Source: an uncultured virus (IMG/VR IMGVR_UViG_3300031951_000129) (lineage: Duplodnaviria; Heunggongvirae; Uroviricota; Caudoviricetes). Taken from it: a stretch of DNA of 20,000 bases. Position numbers and translations under genes: made by a program. Numbering within the stretch: the stretch's first letter is position 1; every line of letters starts with the position of its first letter. Shown piece after piece: positions 1-7,967 of this stretch. Where the stretch lies: IMG/VR virus record IMGVR_UViG_3300031951_000129, one strand, 5' to 3'. Under the pieces are notes generated by a model. The model saw nothing but the letters and a program-made list of their open reading frames with translations. It was not told the DNA's origin and did no database searches.

Positions 1-1497
1 CTCCCCATCCGCCACACCCGTCTCGTGATAGTAGATCTTGTGGTCCGGCGCCGCCGCAATCGGCAGGCTCAGCATGTCCTTGTCGAGCCACGCCGTGCGC
101 TCCATCGCGCCATAGTACCATAGGTTTTGCTGGTAGTTGAACACGACGTACCGGTCGTTTTCCTCCGAACCCGCCGCGCAGTAGAACCACCAGATTTCGC
201 CAAACGCGGAGTTATGCCCCGCGCATACCTTGTCCCAACGGGCGTTGTTGATGTTGTCGAATACGTACGACTTCACCGCACACGGGATAGGCATCACGAC
301 GCCGTTGAACCGGTAAAACTCGCCCCGCCCCATCCAGTAGACATCGTCGCCAGTCGCCACCGCAGCGTTAGGACTGGCCACCGTGATGCCGTAAGCTGCT
401 TCCCCTAGTCCGAAGGTGTAGGGAGGCCCAAGAAACTGCATAGTGTGCGCGGAGCTGTCGGTGAGCACGAGGATGACCTGCTTGGTTGCAACCGCCGTGA
501 TGATCTCGGTGCCGCTCGACAGCCGCAGACTTCCGGCCGTGTTGTTGGCCCGCGTCTCCCAGTCGAGGTAGTCTTCCGTTGCCGAGAAGCGGATCAGCAG
601 CGGGTCCAGCACCCCCGGCGTGAACTCGTCGTCCGTACCAAACACAATCAGGTGCCGGTCCTGTTCCGACAGCAGGACACAGTTGGCTACCCGAGGCGCC
701 TTGTTCTCGCCCGGCAGCGTCGCGATATTCTGTGCCCGCACGCTGAGCCCATTCGTCCGGTCCCAGAGGTAGACACCGCCGCCTCGCGGGTTGATGACGA
801 GGTCCTCGCCGTACGCTGTGTTTGACCACAGGCGCAGTTTTGCCCCCGCGATGGACAGGTCGGCCGGATCACCCCACCCGCCGCCGCCCCATGGGCCCGC
901 TCCCCAGCCGTTGCCGTACGCCGACGTCTCAAGCCCGATGTTGATCTGGTAGGCCCCCACAACGCTGGCTCCGCCGTTGCCAGTGTCGCTGGCGTTGGCC
1001 GTAACCGAGACCGTGATCGTGTACGTGTCTGCGGTCAGCACCTCCGTGACGGTGTGCTCCGCGTTCAGAACCGCCGCCGTGACGTTCCCGCCGAGCGACA
1101 CAGCCCCGCTGAAAGTGACGTAGTCCCCTTGGATAGCACCATGCCCGGTATCGGTTACCGTGATAGTCGACAGCCCGTTTGTCGCCGCAAACGTGACATC
1201 ACCCGCGGCTGTAGTGACGCGCAACGGCGTGATGTCGTTGTAGTCACTGCCGCGCACGATGTAGTATTTCAGGTGGGTTCCCACCCCGACGAAGTCCGTG
1301 CCATCCAGCGCAGACCACGAGGTGAGTTTGCGGCAGACGCCGAGGAACGTGCTGTTAGACAGCGCCGTCCACCCACCGATAGTCTCCGGAGTCCCCGCAC
1401 GAAACCGTATCCGGTTGCAGTCGAACCAGCCGCCCTCACTCGCGTACGACGTTGTCTCGCGGTTCACGCCCGGTTGGAACTTCAGCGTGGTGAGCAT
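1..1497 (-). CDS. Tail nozzle / DNA-stabilisation protein (P22 gp10-like beta-propeller), 3'-truncated by the window edge
   Basis: Absent from the ORF track because no stop lies in the window. Translated by hand from ATG 1497 (RBS GAGG upstream): MLTTLKFQPGVNRETTSYASEGGWFDCNRIRFRAGTPETIGGW...DPLLIRFSATEDYLDW...AGSLRLSSGTEII...DDVYWMGRGEFYRFNG...FGEIWWFY...DRYVVFNYQQNLWYYG, open for 499 codons. The motifs are typical of podovirus nozzle proteins. Confidence 0.8.
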   Translation of the reverse strand, partial: MLTTLKFQPGVNRETTSYASEGGWFDCNRIRFRAGTPETIGGWTALSNSTFLGVCRKLTSWSALDGTDFVGVGTHLKYYIVRGSDYNDITPLRVTTAAGDVTFAATNGLSTITVTDTGHGAIQGDYVTFSGAVSLGGNVTAAVLNAEHTVTEVLTADTYTITVSVTANASDTGNGGASVVGAYQINIGLETSAYGNGWGAGPWGGGGWGDPADLSIAGAKLRLWSNTAYGEDLVINPRGGGVYLWDRTNGLSVRAQNIATLPGENKAPRVANCVLLSEQDRHLIVFGTDDEFTPGVLDPLLIRFSATEDYLDWETRANNTAGSLRLSSGTEIITAVATKQVILVLTDSSAHTMQFLGPPYTFGLGEAAYGITVASPNAAVATGDDVYWMGRGEFYRFNGVVMPIPCAVKSYVFDNINNARWDKVCAGHNSAFGEIWWFYCAAGSEENDRYVVFNYQQNLWYYGAMERTAWLDKDMLSLPIAAAPDHKIYYHETGVADGE

Positions 1498-1517
1498 GGA
1501 CTACCTCTGACCGTACG

Positions 1518-1685
1518 TCACGGCCTGTTGGGGGTACGGAACACAAAGTACGACGTCACGAAGGGCACCAGCGTATTGACCAGCGCCTCGTCGAATACGA
1601 AGCCGGTGTTGAAGTGCGTGTTGAGGACGACGACCAACCCGCCGAGGATCGACACGATGGCCTTGTTATACGCCGCGAGGTTCAT
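1518..1685 (-). CDS. Small membrane protein, putative holin (55 aa)
   Basis: Read by hand: MNLAAYNKAIVSILGGLVVVLNTHFNTGFVFDEALVNTLVPFVTSYFVFRTPNRP. It has an AAAGGA RBS, two hydrophobic segments and lies directly downstream of the endolysin. Confidence 0.65.
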   Translation of the reverse strand: MNLAAYNKAIVSILGGLVVVLNTHFNTGFVFDEALVNTLVPFVTSYFVFRTPNRP

Positions 1686-1697
1686 GATGCAATCCTT

Positions 1698-2441
1698 TCA
1701 GGTCATAGAGGGGTTGGCTGCTTCACTCGGAGTCAGCTTGGGGAGCGTGAAATCCTCCGGGCGCGTCCACGTGAGCGGCCAGCGGAAGGACTCAGGCACG
1801 AAGCGGGTCTTCGAGATCGGGGCGATGCTGACGCGGTTCGACTGGTTCCCGCCAAGCATGTAGTAGTGCTGCGCGTCCTCACCCACGATAAAGCCCACAT
1901 GCCCGCCACCGTCTCGGGAGATGCTGGCCACCGCACCGTAGGCCGGCCGCATCAGGCCAACCCCGAGGTGCCGCCAGTTCAGTGCCCAGTAGGGGTTCTG
2001 CCCGAGCGGGCCGGGAAAGCGCTCATTGGGCAGTCCGAGGCGCAGTGCAGTGGCCACGAAGTCACCGCACCACGCATTCTTCGCCGGGTCGCCCAGCGCC
2101 TGTCCATCGCTCTTGAGCCACATGCTCAGAGGCTTGTTGTCGTAGACCTCATGCAGCCGGATGACCTTCATGGCCTCCTTGATCCACGGCAACGTCTCAC
2201 GGGTCATCGCAGTGTCCGGCTTCTCCGCCATCAGCTGGTCCCACGTCAACGGACCGACAAACACAGTCGGCTTGAACCCGATGGACCGCTTGAACGCGAT
2301 GATCGCCGCTTCCGTGCGGCTCCCGAAGACGCCGTCGGCGCCGGCGGTGCCGAGGTCGTACCCCTTCTTGATAAGGGCCGTCTGCACCTGCTTCTTCTCG
2401 TCGGTCGTGAGACCAGAATTGTCGCTTTTGAACACGGGCAT
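1698..2441 (-). CDS. Endolysin: N-terminal PG_binding_1 domain plus TIGR02594-type NlpC/P60 (CHAP-like) peptidase
   Basis: PG-binding motif VQTALIKKGY...ADGVFGSRTEAAIIAFKRSIG. Catalytic motifs AWCGDFV, GGHVGF and LGGNQSNRV. ATG 2441 overlaps the upstream stop (TGATG). Confidence 0.85.
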   Translation of the reverse strand: MPVFKSDNSGLTTDEKKQVQTALIKKGYDLGTAGADGVFGSRTEAAIIAFKRSIGFKPTVFVGPLTWDQLMAEKPDTAMTRETLPWIKEAMKVIRLHEVYDNKPLSMWLKSDGQALGDPAKNAWCGDFVATALRLGLPNERFPGPLGQNPYWALNWRHLGVGLMRPAYGAVASISRDGGGHVGFIVGEDAQHYYMLGGNQSNRVSIAPISKTRFVPESFRWPLTWTRPEDFTLPKLTPSEAANPSMT

Positions 2442-2809
2442 CACATCCCCTCCCAGTCGCCAGAAAATATCAGGGCCGCACCGACGGTCCCTTCCTGTAT
2501 GTCGAGAACCGGTGGCACCGCGTAGAACCCGTCTTCCGGTACGATCTCGATGCTGTCCGCTCCGGCCGTGTAGGTAAACACGATCTCTACAGACAGCCCG
2601 TCGATACTGAGCGGGTACGCGCGGTTGTCGCTGGTTCCATTAACGTCCCGGTTGTCAAAAATCACTTCCGCCACGGCCCCTGCTTTATCCGTCGGTTGCA
2701 AGGTCACCGTAGTCAAGCTCCGCTGCGTCATCATCGGTGGCCCAATATGCGCGACTTCTTGTGCGGCAACCGCGACAGGGAGCACAGCTACGGCAAGAGG
2801 CATACGCAT
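2441..2809 (-). CDS. Hypothetical secreted protein (signal peptide, acidic beta-rich body)
   Basis: MRMPLAVAVLPVAVAA|QE resembles a signal peptidase I leader; there is no Cys lipobox. It is tightly packed within the lysis cluster. Confidence 0.6.
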   Translation of the reverse strand: MRMPLAVAVLPVAVAAQEVAHIGPPMMTQRSLTTVTLQPTDKAGAVAEVIFDNRDVNGTSDNRAYPLSIDGLSVEIVFTYTAGADSIEIVPEDGFYAVPPVLDIQEGTVGAALIFSGDWEGM

Positions 2810-2812
2810 AAC

Positions 2813-3256
2813 TCAGCTTTCTGCAACGACGCGGAACCGCGCGGATGGTTGATCGACTTGGTGGGTGAACCCGGGGCAATTGTATATGAGGTGCACGCGC
2901 AGCTCGTAGTCATCTGGCGGCATCACTGTGAGCGTGGGGTAGGCGTAGTCGATAAACTCGGTCTCGGGCGGGCCGCCGCTCCACAGCGCGGACGGAAGTT
3001 CGTAGGCCACGCCGTCGGAGTTGATCGCGGTGCGATGCGAGTACACCGGGCAGTCGTCCCGGGTTTTCTGCCGCCAGATTCGCACCACAAGCGGGTTGCC
3101 TGCGTAGATCGGGCTGTTGAGGACTTCGACGCGTTGAAACGTGACCGGAGGGTCGCTGTCGTAGCTGATGTACCGGTACGTCTCAGCGATCAACACCCCT
3201 GCAAGTATCGCCATAGACAGCCAAAGCCACCACCATGACCGCTGCACCGAGCTCAT
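2813..3256 (-). CDS. Hypothetical membrane-anchored protein with a periplasmic Ig-like domain (lysis-associated)
   Basis: Likely start ATG 3256 (ATGA overlap with the upstream stop). One TM segment (WWWLWLSMAILAGVLIA) is followed by a beta-rich domain with two Cys. Confidence 0.6.
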   Translation of the reverse strand: MSSVQRSWWWLWLSMAILAGVLIAETYRYISYDSDPPVTFQRVEVLNSPIYAGNPLVVRIWRQKTRDDCPVYSHRTAINSDGVAYELPSALWSGGPPETEFIDYAYPTLTVMPPDDYELRVHLIYNCPGFTHQVDQPSARFRVVAES

Positions 3257-3450
3257 TCCACAGGCCCCCGAAACATCCATGAGATCGCGGCTTGCACATC
3301 TTCTCTGAACGCCACCAGCGCTGCAAGCACCGCGGCGGTTCCCGCCGCCCAGCGCCTGACTGACGCCCAAAACCACTGTACCCTCTCTTCCTGTTCCAGC
3401 ATCTTCCGCAGCGCCGCAATTTCTTCCGGGGTAAGCCGCTCGTCACTCAT
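3253..3450 (-). CDS. Small single-TM protein, holin-like (65 aa)
   Basis: Charged N-terminal helix followed by WAAGTAAVLAALVAF. TAATG overlap with the tail fibre stop. Confidence 0.6.
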   Translation of the reverse strand: MSDERLTPEEIAALRKMLEQEERVQWFWASVRRWAAGTAAVLAALVAFREDVQAAISWMFRGPVE

Positions 3451-5054
3451 TACTGCGCTCCGTTTAGCCGCGTTTCCAGTTCGTCAACCTTGTCAGCCAG
3501 CTCCTGCAGCGCTTTCAGCATAAGCGGCACCAGAACTGAGTACTTGACCGATAGTGTGCCTTCCTCGTCCCGAGACACGAGCCCCGGTTTGACCGTTTGC
3601 ATTTGCTGTGCGATGACGCCCACATGTTTCGGTGCGTCGTCCGGCATGTCCTTGAAGCGGTAGTTGACCACTTCAATTTTGCGCATGTCCGCTAATTGTG
3701 GGTTTGCCGGCGTTATGTCTTTTTTCAGGTTGAGGTCAGAAAGCGCGCCGTAGGAGTTGTTAGCGTTCACTACGTTTCCAGCGGCTTGTACCCTGAACTT
3801 TACAACGTTTCCTTGGTAGTGGTTTATAATCCCGGTGGTGTCGACTTCCAGCGCCCGGCACTGGGTAAACAGATAGGTAACCGTAGACAGCTGCTGGAAT
3901 CTGACGCCGTTAGTTCCATTAGAACCTACGTCGATATCCCCGACATAGAAGTTGGTGTCTACCGTCAGATTGTCGGTGCACACAATGTTGTCGGTAAACG
4001 TCTTGGCACCGGCGATGCTCTGAGTACCGGTCGTGCGGACAACGGTGCTGTTGACCGCCACATCGTTGGCGTTGACCGTGATACCGTCCCCCGCGCCAAT
4101 ATCCAGCGTTCTGTTTGTCGTGAGATCACCCCCGCCAGTCAAGCCATTCCCAGCCGTGATGGTGACAGCTGACCGCGCAATGGTGCTGTCAATCGCGTGC
4201 GTGTGGCTGCTTGCCGTGACGGCGCTTGTACTGGACGCCGTCAGATCTGAAGGCGTACCGAGCGTGAGGGTGCGGTTCGCGGTCAAATCCCCGCCACCGG
4301 ACATTCCGTTGCCAGCAGTGATCGTGCGCGTCGTCCGAACAACCGAGCTGTCCACGGCGACGGAGTCCGCAGCTACAGAGATACCGTCACCCGCGCCGAC
4401 TGCCAGTGTACGGTTGGCCGACAGGTCGCCGCCGCCCGTCAATCCGTCGCCCGCCGTGATGGTGGTGGCCGAAGCCGCTGCGCCGAGGTTTGTCCGGGCC
4501 GTCGCCGCGTCGCTGGCGCCTGTGCCGCCCTGCGCCACTGCAAGGTCCGTGGCCAGCGTCAGCGAGCCCAGAGCCACCGCCCCGGTGCCATCCCGCTGCA
4601 CGACCGCGTTGGCCGTGTTCGCGCTCGTCGCCGTGTTCATGAGGGCCGTGATGTCCCGCACCTGCGCACCGGCACCTGTGCCCGTGCAGATAGCGACGGC
4701 GGACCGGCCGGCTGCAAGAACCAAGTCGCCGCCGGACCCCTGCGTGATCGTCACCGTCTGCGCGGTGCCGTTGTGGAACATATACTGCTTGGCGGCGGAG
4801 TTCGGTGCAATCGTGACCGTCACCGGAGACGCCGGAGAGCCTGTGAACAGGATCGTCCCGTACTGTCCATCCGACAACACCCCGTTAGTCGTGGTCAGCG
4901 TCAGGGTCGTACCCGACAGCGTGACAGAGAGCGCGCCGTTCACCGCCCGGTCGATGACATCGTAGTTCAGGTTCGCCGTGACGTCCCACGACCCAGTCTG
5001 CTCGCCGGAGCCGGGCTTCTCGATGCCGGTGTTCGTCGTAAACGTACTGGGCAT
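3450..5054 (-). CDS. Tail fibre with C-terminal intramolecular chaperone / autocleavage (Peptidase S74) domain
   Basis: N-terminal anchor MPSTFTTNTGIEKPGSGEQTGSW, a Thr/Gly-rich shaft with AGxGLTGGGDL repeats, and a C-terminal SDLNLKKDI...HVGVIAQQMQTVKPGLV...VKYSVLVPLMLKALQEL plus coiled coil, typical of S74 domains. Confidence 0.88.
   Translation of the reverse strand: MPSTFTTNTGIEKPGSGEQTGSWDVTANLNYDVIDRAVNGALSVTLSGTTLTLTTTNGVLSDGQYGTILFTGSPASPVTVTIAPNSAAKQYMFHNGTAQTVTITQGSGGDLVLAAGRSAVAICTGTGAGAQVRDITALMNTATSANTANAVVQRDGTGAVALGSLTLATDLAVAQGGTGASDAATARTNLGAAASATTITAGDGLTGGGDLSANRTLAVGAGDGISVAADSVAVDSSVVRTTRTITAGNGMSGGGDLTANRTLTLGTPSDLTASSTSAVTASSHTHAIDSTIARSAVTITAGNGLTGGGDLTTNRTLDIGAGDGITVNANDVAVNSTVVRTTGTQSIAGAKTFTDNIVCTDNLTVDTNFYVGDIDVGSNGTNGVRFQQLSTVTYLFTQCRALEVDTTGIINHYQGNVVKFRVQAAGNVVNANNSYGALSDLNLKKDITPANPQLADMRKIEVVNYRFKDMPDDAPKHVGVIAQQMQTVKPGLVSRDEEGTLSVKYSVLVPLMLKALQELADKVDELETRLNGAQ
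4030..4463 (-). repeat. Three degenerate intragenic repeats encoding TITAGxG(L/M)xGGGDLxxNRTL
   Basis: The protein has TITAGDGLTGGGDLSANRTL, TITAGNGMSGGGDLTANRTL and TITAGNGLTGGGDLTTNRTL. Copies 1 and 3 extend with GAGDGIxV...VAVxSxVVRTT. Confidence 0.85.
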
Positions 5055-5064
5055 GGGCTATCCT

Positions 5065-5511
5065 CTACACGATGCGCAGCAGTGCGGTCGTCGCACCTGA
5101 CAGTGGGAAACGTACAGTGAAAGTGCCCCCGGTGGCAACGCGATCTGCACCGAAGTCCAGTACCGCAACTGCGGGGTTCGTGTAGGTGTGCGCCGGCGTC
5201 GAGTTGTAGATCAGCGCCCCCCGCGCCGTCAGCGTGACCCCGGTGAACGTCAGATCGGCAAAGGTAGCGAACGCCGTCGTGCCATCCGTCGTCGGCGAAA
5301 CCAGCGTCAGCGTGCCTCCACCCGCCGCGTAGTTGCCGGTATCCGGCACCTCGTTGGTAGCGGTATAGGCTGTCGTGTCCGCCGTGAAGCTGGCCGCGTT
5401 GGTGTACAGCGCGAGCTTGAACACCTGCCCAGACCCCAGCCGCAGATCGTGCACCCCCTCAAGGAGCTGCTTCTTGAACGACGTGGTGAGGAAGGTGCCG
5501 GTGAACGCCAT
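5065..5511 (-). CDS. Conserved virion structural protein (tail/fibre-associated)
   Basis: MAFTGTFLTTSFKKQLLEGVHD...FKLALYT...TARGALIYN...AVAVLDFG motif chain, a type commonly found just before podovirus fibre genes. TGATG overlap. Confidence 0.7.
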   Translation of the reverse strand: MAFTGTFLTTSFKKQLLEGVHDLRLGSGQVFKLALYTNAASFTADTTAYTATNEVPDTGNYAAGGGTLTLVSPTTDGTTAFATFADLTFTGVTLTARGALIYNSTPAHTYTNPAVAVLDFGADRVATGGTFTVRFPLSGATTALLRIV

Positions 5512-6155
5512 CACTTGCCCTTCCTGAGCTGCCCGTCGCGGAAGTCATCCCGCTGCGCCCGCACGTCGACACCCGTGAGCTGACCCATGGCCTCGGTGTA
5601 CCGCTCCTTGTACTGCGCCAGCAGGTCAGCCTCCCCCTTGAGGTATGCGTAGGACTCCAGCAGCGTGCCGTAAAGCAGCGCGGTCTCCGCGTTGTCCCCC
5701 AGCCACGAGGTGCTCTCGTCGACGATGGACGGCGGGTCGTAGTAGTAGTTCAGCTCAACCGAGTAGGCCGCGTCTGGCGTCGGCGCCAGCAGGAAGCGCC
5801 CCGGACTCGACGGCGTCACCCCATCGAACTGGGCGTAGAACACCGGCACGCCTTCGGTCGACGCGGACGGGAACGCCTCGCGGATGAAGCTGACATCCTT
5901 GTCGATCAGGAAGCTATACTCACCAGCGTCGACCACTGCCATCGAGAACACCGACAGAAAGTCCGTCGGCCGGTCAAGGTACGCAACGGACATGGTGGTG
6001 GTCAGCGTGGTGGACTTGCGCAGCTCCGGCAGCATGACAGTGCGGTAGATCCGCTGCTCTGCCTGCCGCACAAAGCGCGGTATATTGTCCACGAAACTCG
6101 TCTCGCGGCTCTCCATGTAGTCCTGAACCAGCTCGACAAGCTCGGCGTAGTTCAT
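5511..6155 (-). CDS. Head-tail adaptor / tail tubular protein A-like (second copy)
   Basis: MNYAELVELVQDY...FVRQAEQRIYR...LAPTPDAAYSVELNYY...LLYGTLLESYAYLK adaptor-type pattern. Confidence 0.7.
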   Translation of the reverse strand: MNYAELVELVQDYMESRETSFVDNIPRFVRQAEQRIYRTVMLPELRKSTTLTTTMSVAYLDRPTDFLSVFSMAVVDAGEYSFLIDKDVSFIREAFPSASTEGVPVFYAQFDGVTPSSPGRFLLAPTPDAAYSVELNYYYDPPSIVDESTSWLGDNAETALLYGTLLESYAYLKGEADLLAQYKERYTEAMGQLTGVDVRAQRDDFRDGQLRKGK

Positions 6156-6158
6156 GTC

Positions 6159-6377
6159 TTATCCCGCCCGCGTGAATTTCTTGCCGCGCTTCGCCGCGCC
6201 AGCGCCGCGGACGACACCGCCCTTGGCGTAGCTGCCGGTGCCGCTGTCCGTCTGGTCGTTAAACGACCGCACCCGCTCAGGCCGCGCCTTGGGACGGAGC
6301 GAGGTCTCGGGGGCCGCCGTGGGCCGGGCCCGCGGGCGCAGCGAGGTCTCAGGGGCAAGTTTGGACTTCTTTGCCAT
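6159..6377 (-). CDS. Small basic protein with duplicated APETSLRPxARP and a YAKGG motif
   Basis: 72 aa, with an AGGAG RBS upstream; it fills the gap between its neighbours. Confidence 0.7.
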   Translation of the reverse strand: MAKKSKLAPETSLRPRARPTAAPETSLRPKARPERVRSFNDQTDSGTGSYAKGGVVRGAGAAKRGKKFTRAG

Positions 6378-6378
6378 G

Positions 6379-6699
6379 TCAGGCTCCTATCTCGACGGTT
6401 ACGGCGCCCACTGCGCCAGTCATGAACACCAGCGGGTGTCCCACTGGAGACCACCCGAAATACCCGCGAAACTCTCCCTTGTTCCCCTCGGGGCGCGGAT
6501 CGCGCAGAGACTGGGGGTCCGTGATGCGCAGACGGCCCAGAAAGTTCTGGGGGTGGTCGGGGTCGGCCACGTCCTTGCCGACGCGCAGCCCGGTCCGCTT
6601 GCCGTTCTTGTACTCCCAAACAAGCTCCGACAGCGGGTACTGGAACCCGGTACGGTCGCAGATGCCCAATGCGTGGGTGCCCTTGGCAAAGCTCGACAT
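6379..6699 (-). CDS. Conserved phage hypothetical protein (ICDRTGFQY motif)
   Basis: Start ATG 6699 by TGATG overlap. The DPDHPQ...DPQSLRDPRP pattern is typical of the ORF following adaptor genes in this phage type. Confidence 0.7.
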   Translation of the reverse strand: MSSFAKGTHALGICDRTGFQYPLSELVWEYKNGKRTGLRVGKDVADPDHPQNFLGRLRITDPQSLRDPRPEGNKGEFRGYFGWSPVGHPLVFMTGAVGAVTVEIGA

Positions 6700-7373
6700 C
6701 ACCAATTCCCTCCCGACGGCGGCAGGAGAAACACCGACGCGCGGTCCCGATCTTCATCGGCCGCCCGGGCAAACTGCTCCTCATACGCCTGCTTGAGCGG
6801 CACAACCCGCGCCGCGACCTCGGGCCGCTTGGACGCCACCGAGTAGGCCAACCCCGCCACGAGCGCAGGCACAAAGCGCGGCGGGATGTCGGCCGTGCCA
6901 CTGACCCCAGAAGCCAACCCGTTCATGCCCCGCAGCCGGTAGAAGGCCAGCGTGTAACTCTGCTGCGCGTCCGGCACCGGCCAGAGCGTTGCGGTCACCC
7001 CTGTGGACAGCCGCTGGATGAAGATCTGCGTCGGACGACCCTGCAGCGCCTTGTTCGTCTGCTGCGCGTAGGTGGCCACGCTGATCCGCTCAAGGTTGGT
7101 GTCCGTCTGGCTGGTCCCGCTGCCGGTCCGCAGCTGGTGCTCGATCAGGTCGATGGTGTCCGTCGGCATGGTGTAGGTCGCGGTGCCCGGCGTGAGCGCC
7201 TGCGTCCCCCCGGCGACAGAAAACAGGTTCAGCCCCCGGTTCTGCCACTCCAGCAGAAGCAGGTTCAGGCTACGGCGGATCGTCCGCAGGTCGTAGCCCG
7301 ACCGCATTTCGAGGCCAGCCATCTCGTAGGCTTCCTCGAACAGCTCCGGAAGATCGGGGACAACGCTCGGCAT
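6699..7373 (-). CDS. Head-tail adaptor / neck ring protein (P22 gp4 / T7 gp11-like)
   Basis: EEAYEMAG...SGYDLRTIRRSLNLLLLEWQNRGLNL...GRPTQIFIQR...LWPVPD...RFVPALVAGLAY...LKQAYEEQFARAADEDR. Confidence 0.75.
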   Translation of the reverse strand: MPSVVPDLPELFEEAYEMAGLEMRSGYDLRTIRRSLNLLLLEWQNRGLNLFSVAGGTQALTPGTATYTMPTDTIDLIEHQLRTGSGTSQTDTNLERISVATYAQQTNKALQGRPTQIFIQRLSTGVTATLWPVPDAQQSYTLAFYRLRGMNGLASGVSGTADIPPRFVPALVAGLAYSVASKRPEVAARVVPLKQAYEEQFARAADEDRDRASVFLLPPSGGNW

Positions 7374-7384
7374 TGACCGTTACC

Positions 7385-7663
7385 TCAGCACATCCGACCC
7401 TTGGTCTTGCCCCGGCGCGCGGCGCCGTCGACCTTGCCGCCGGACTTCATACGCCCGGGTAGCGCACTCACCCCTTGCTTGATCTGACCAACCGCCTGCT
7501 GCCGCTGATCCTGCCGCACCGCGCGGTTGTCCTGCCGCGTCGCCTGCCGCGCCTGCGACGCATCGCGGGCGGCGGCCATCTGCCCGCCAAGGGCCATCTT
7601 CTTCGGCTTTTTCATCGTTCCACCTGTGAGTTGAGAGCCCATCTGAGCCCGGGTTATCGCCAT
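7385..7663 (-). CDS. Small basic protein with MALGG and MKSGG motifs
   Basis: Start ATG 7663 lies 1 nt after the upstream stop. A second possible start is ATG 7615 (GGTGGA upstream). The protein is K/R/Q-rich. Confidence 0.65.
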   Translation of the reverse strand: MAITRAQMGSQLTGGTMKKPKKMALGGQMAAARDASQARQATRQDNRAVRQDQRQQAVGQIKQGVSALPGRMKSGGKVDGAARRGKTKGRMC

Positions 7664-7664
7664 G

Positions 7665-7916
7665 TCAGCAGTTCCACGCACGAAGCGACAGCGCCTTGCG
7701 TGTCGGTCGCCCCTTGTCGTCCTTCATCGGCCCGGGCATCCCCGACATCCGGGCACAAAAGCTCTTGCGCCGCGCAGCGTCCTTGGGCGTCTTCGGGTTC
7801 GGCGCCGGTGGCTTCAGGTTCATACCCTGCTTCTTGGCCGACGCCCGTCCCTTGGCGTTCAGGCCGCCTTTGGGGTTCTGTCCCTCTTTCCTTTGCCACG
7901 CCGGTGTCTTCGCCAC
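7665..7916 (-). CDS. Small highly basic phage protein (DUF6321-like)
   Basis: MAKTPAWQRKEGQNPKGGLNAKGRAS...RRKSFCARMSG...SLRAWNC, with a GTG start and GAGAGGG RBS. The family label is from memory. Confidence 0.75.
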   Translation of the reverse strand: MAKTPAWQRKEGQNPKGGLNAKGRASAKKQGMNLKPPAPNPKTPKDAARRKSFCARMSGMPGPMKDDKGRPTRKALSLRAWNC

Positions 7917-7938
7917 GATGCCCTCTCAGGTTGGCTGC

Positions 7939-7967
7939 ATACTACATCGCAGGCAGCGTTCGGTCAA
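7939..7967 (-). promoter_or_regulatory. Putative sigma70 promoter
   Basis: Minus strand TTGACC-17 nt-TAGTAT in the intergenic gap before the 7916 start. Confidence 0.6.

Noticed and set aside
865..7663. Phage ubiquitin-like conjugation system (GG motifs plus FCCH-like domain)
   Set aside because: The GG motifs are internal, no beta-grasp, E1 or E2 protein is visible, and FCCH-like barrels are common structural inserts in tail proteins.
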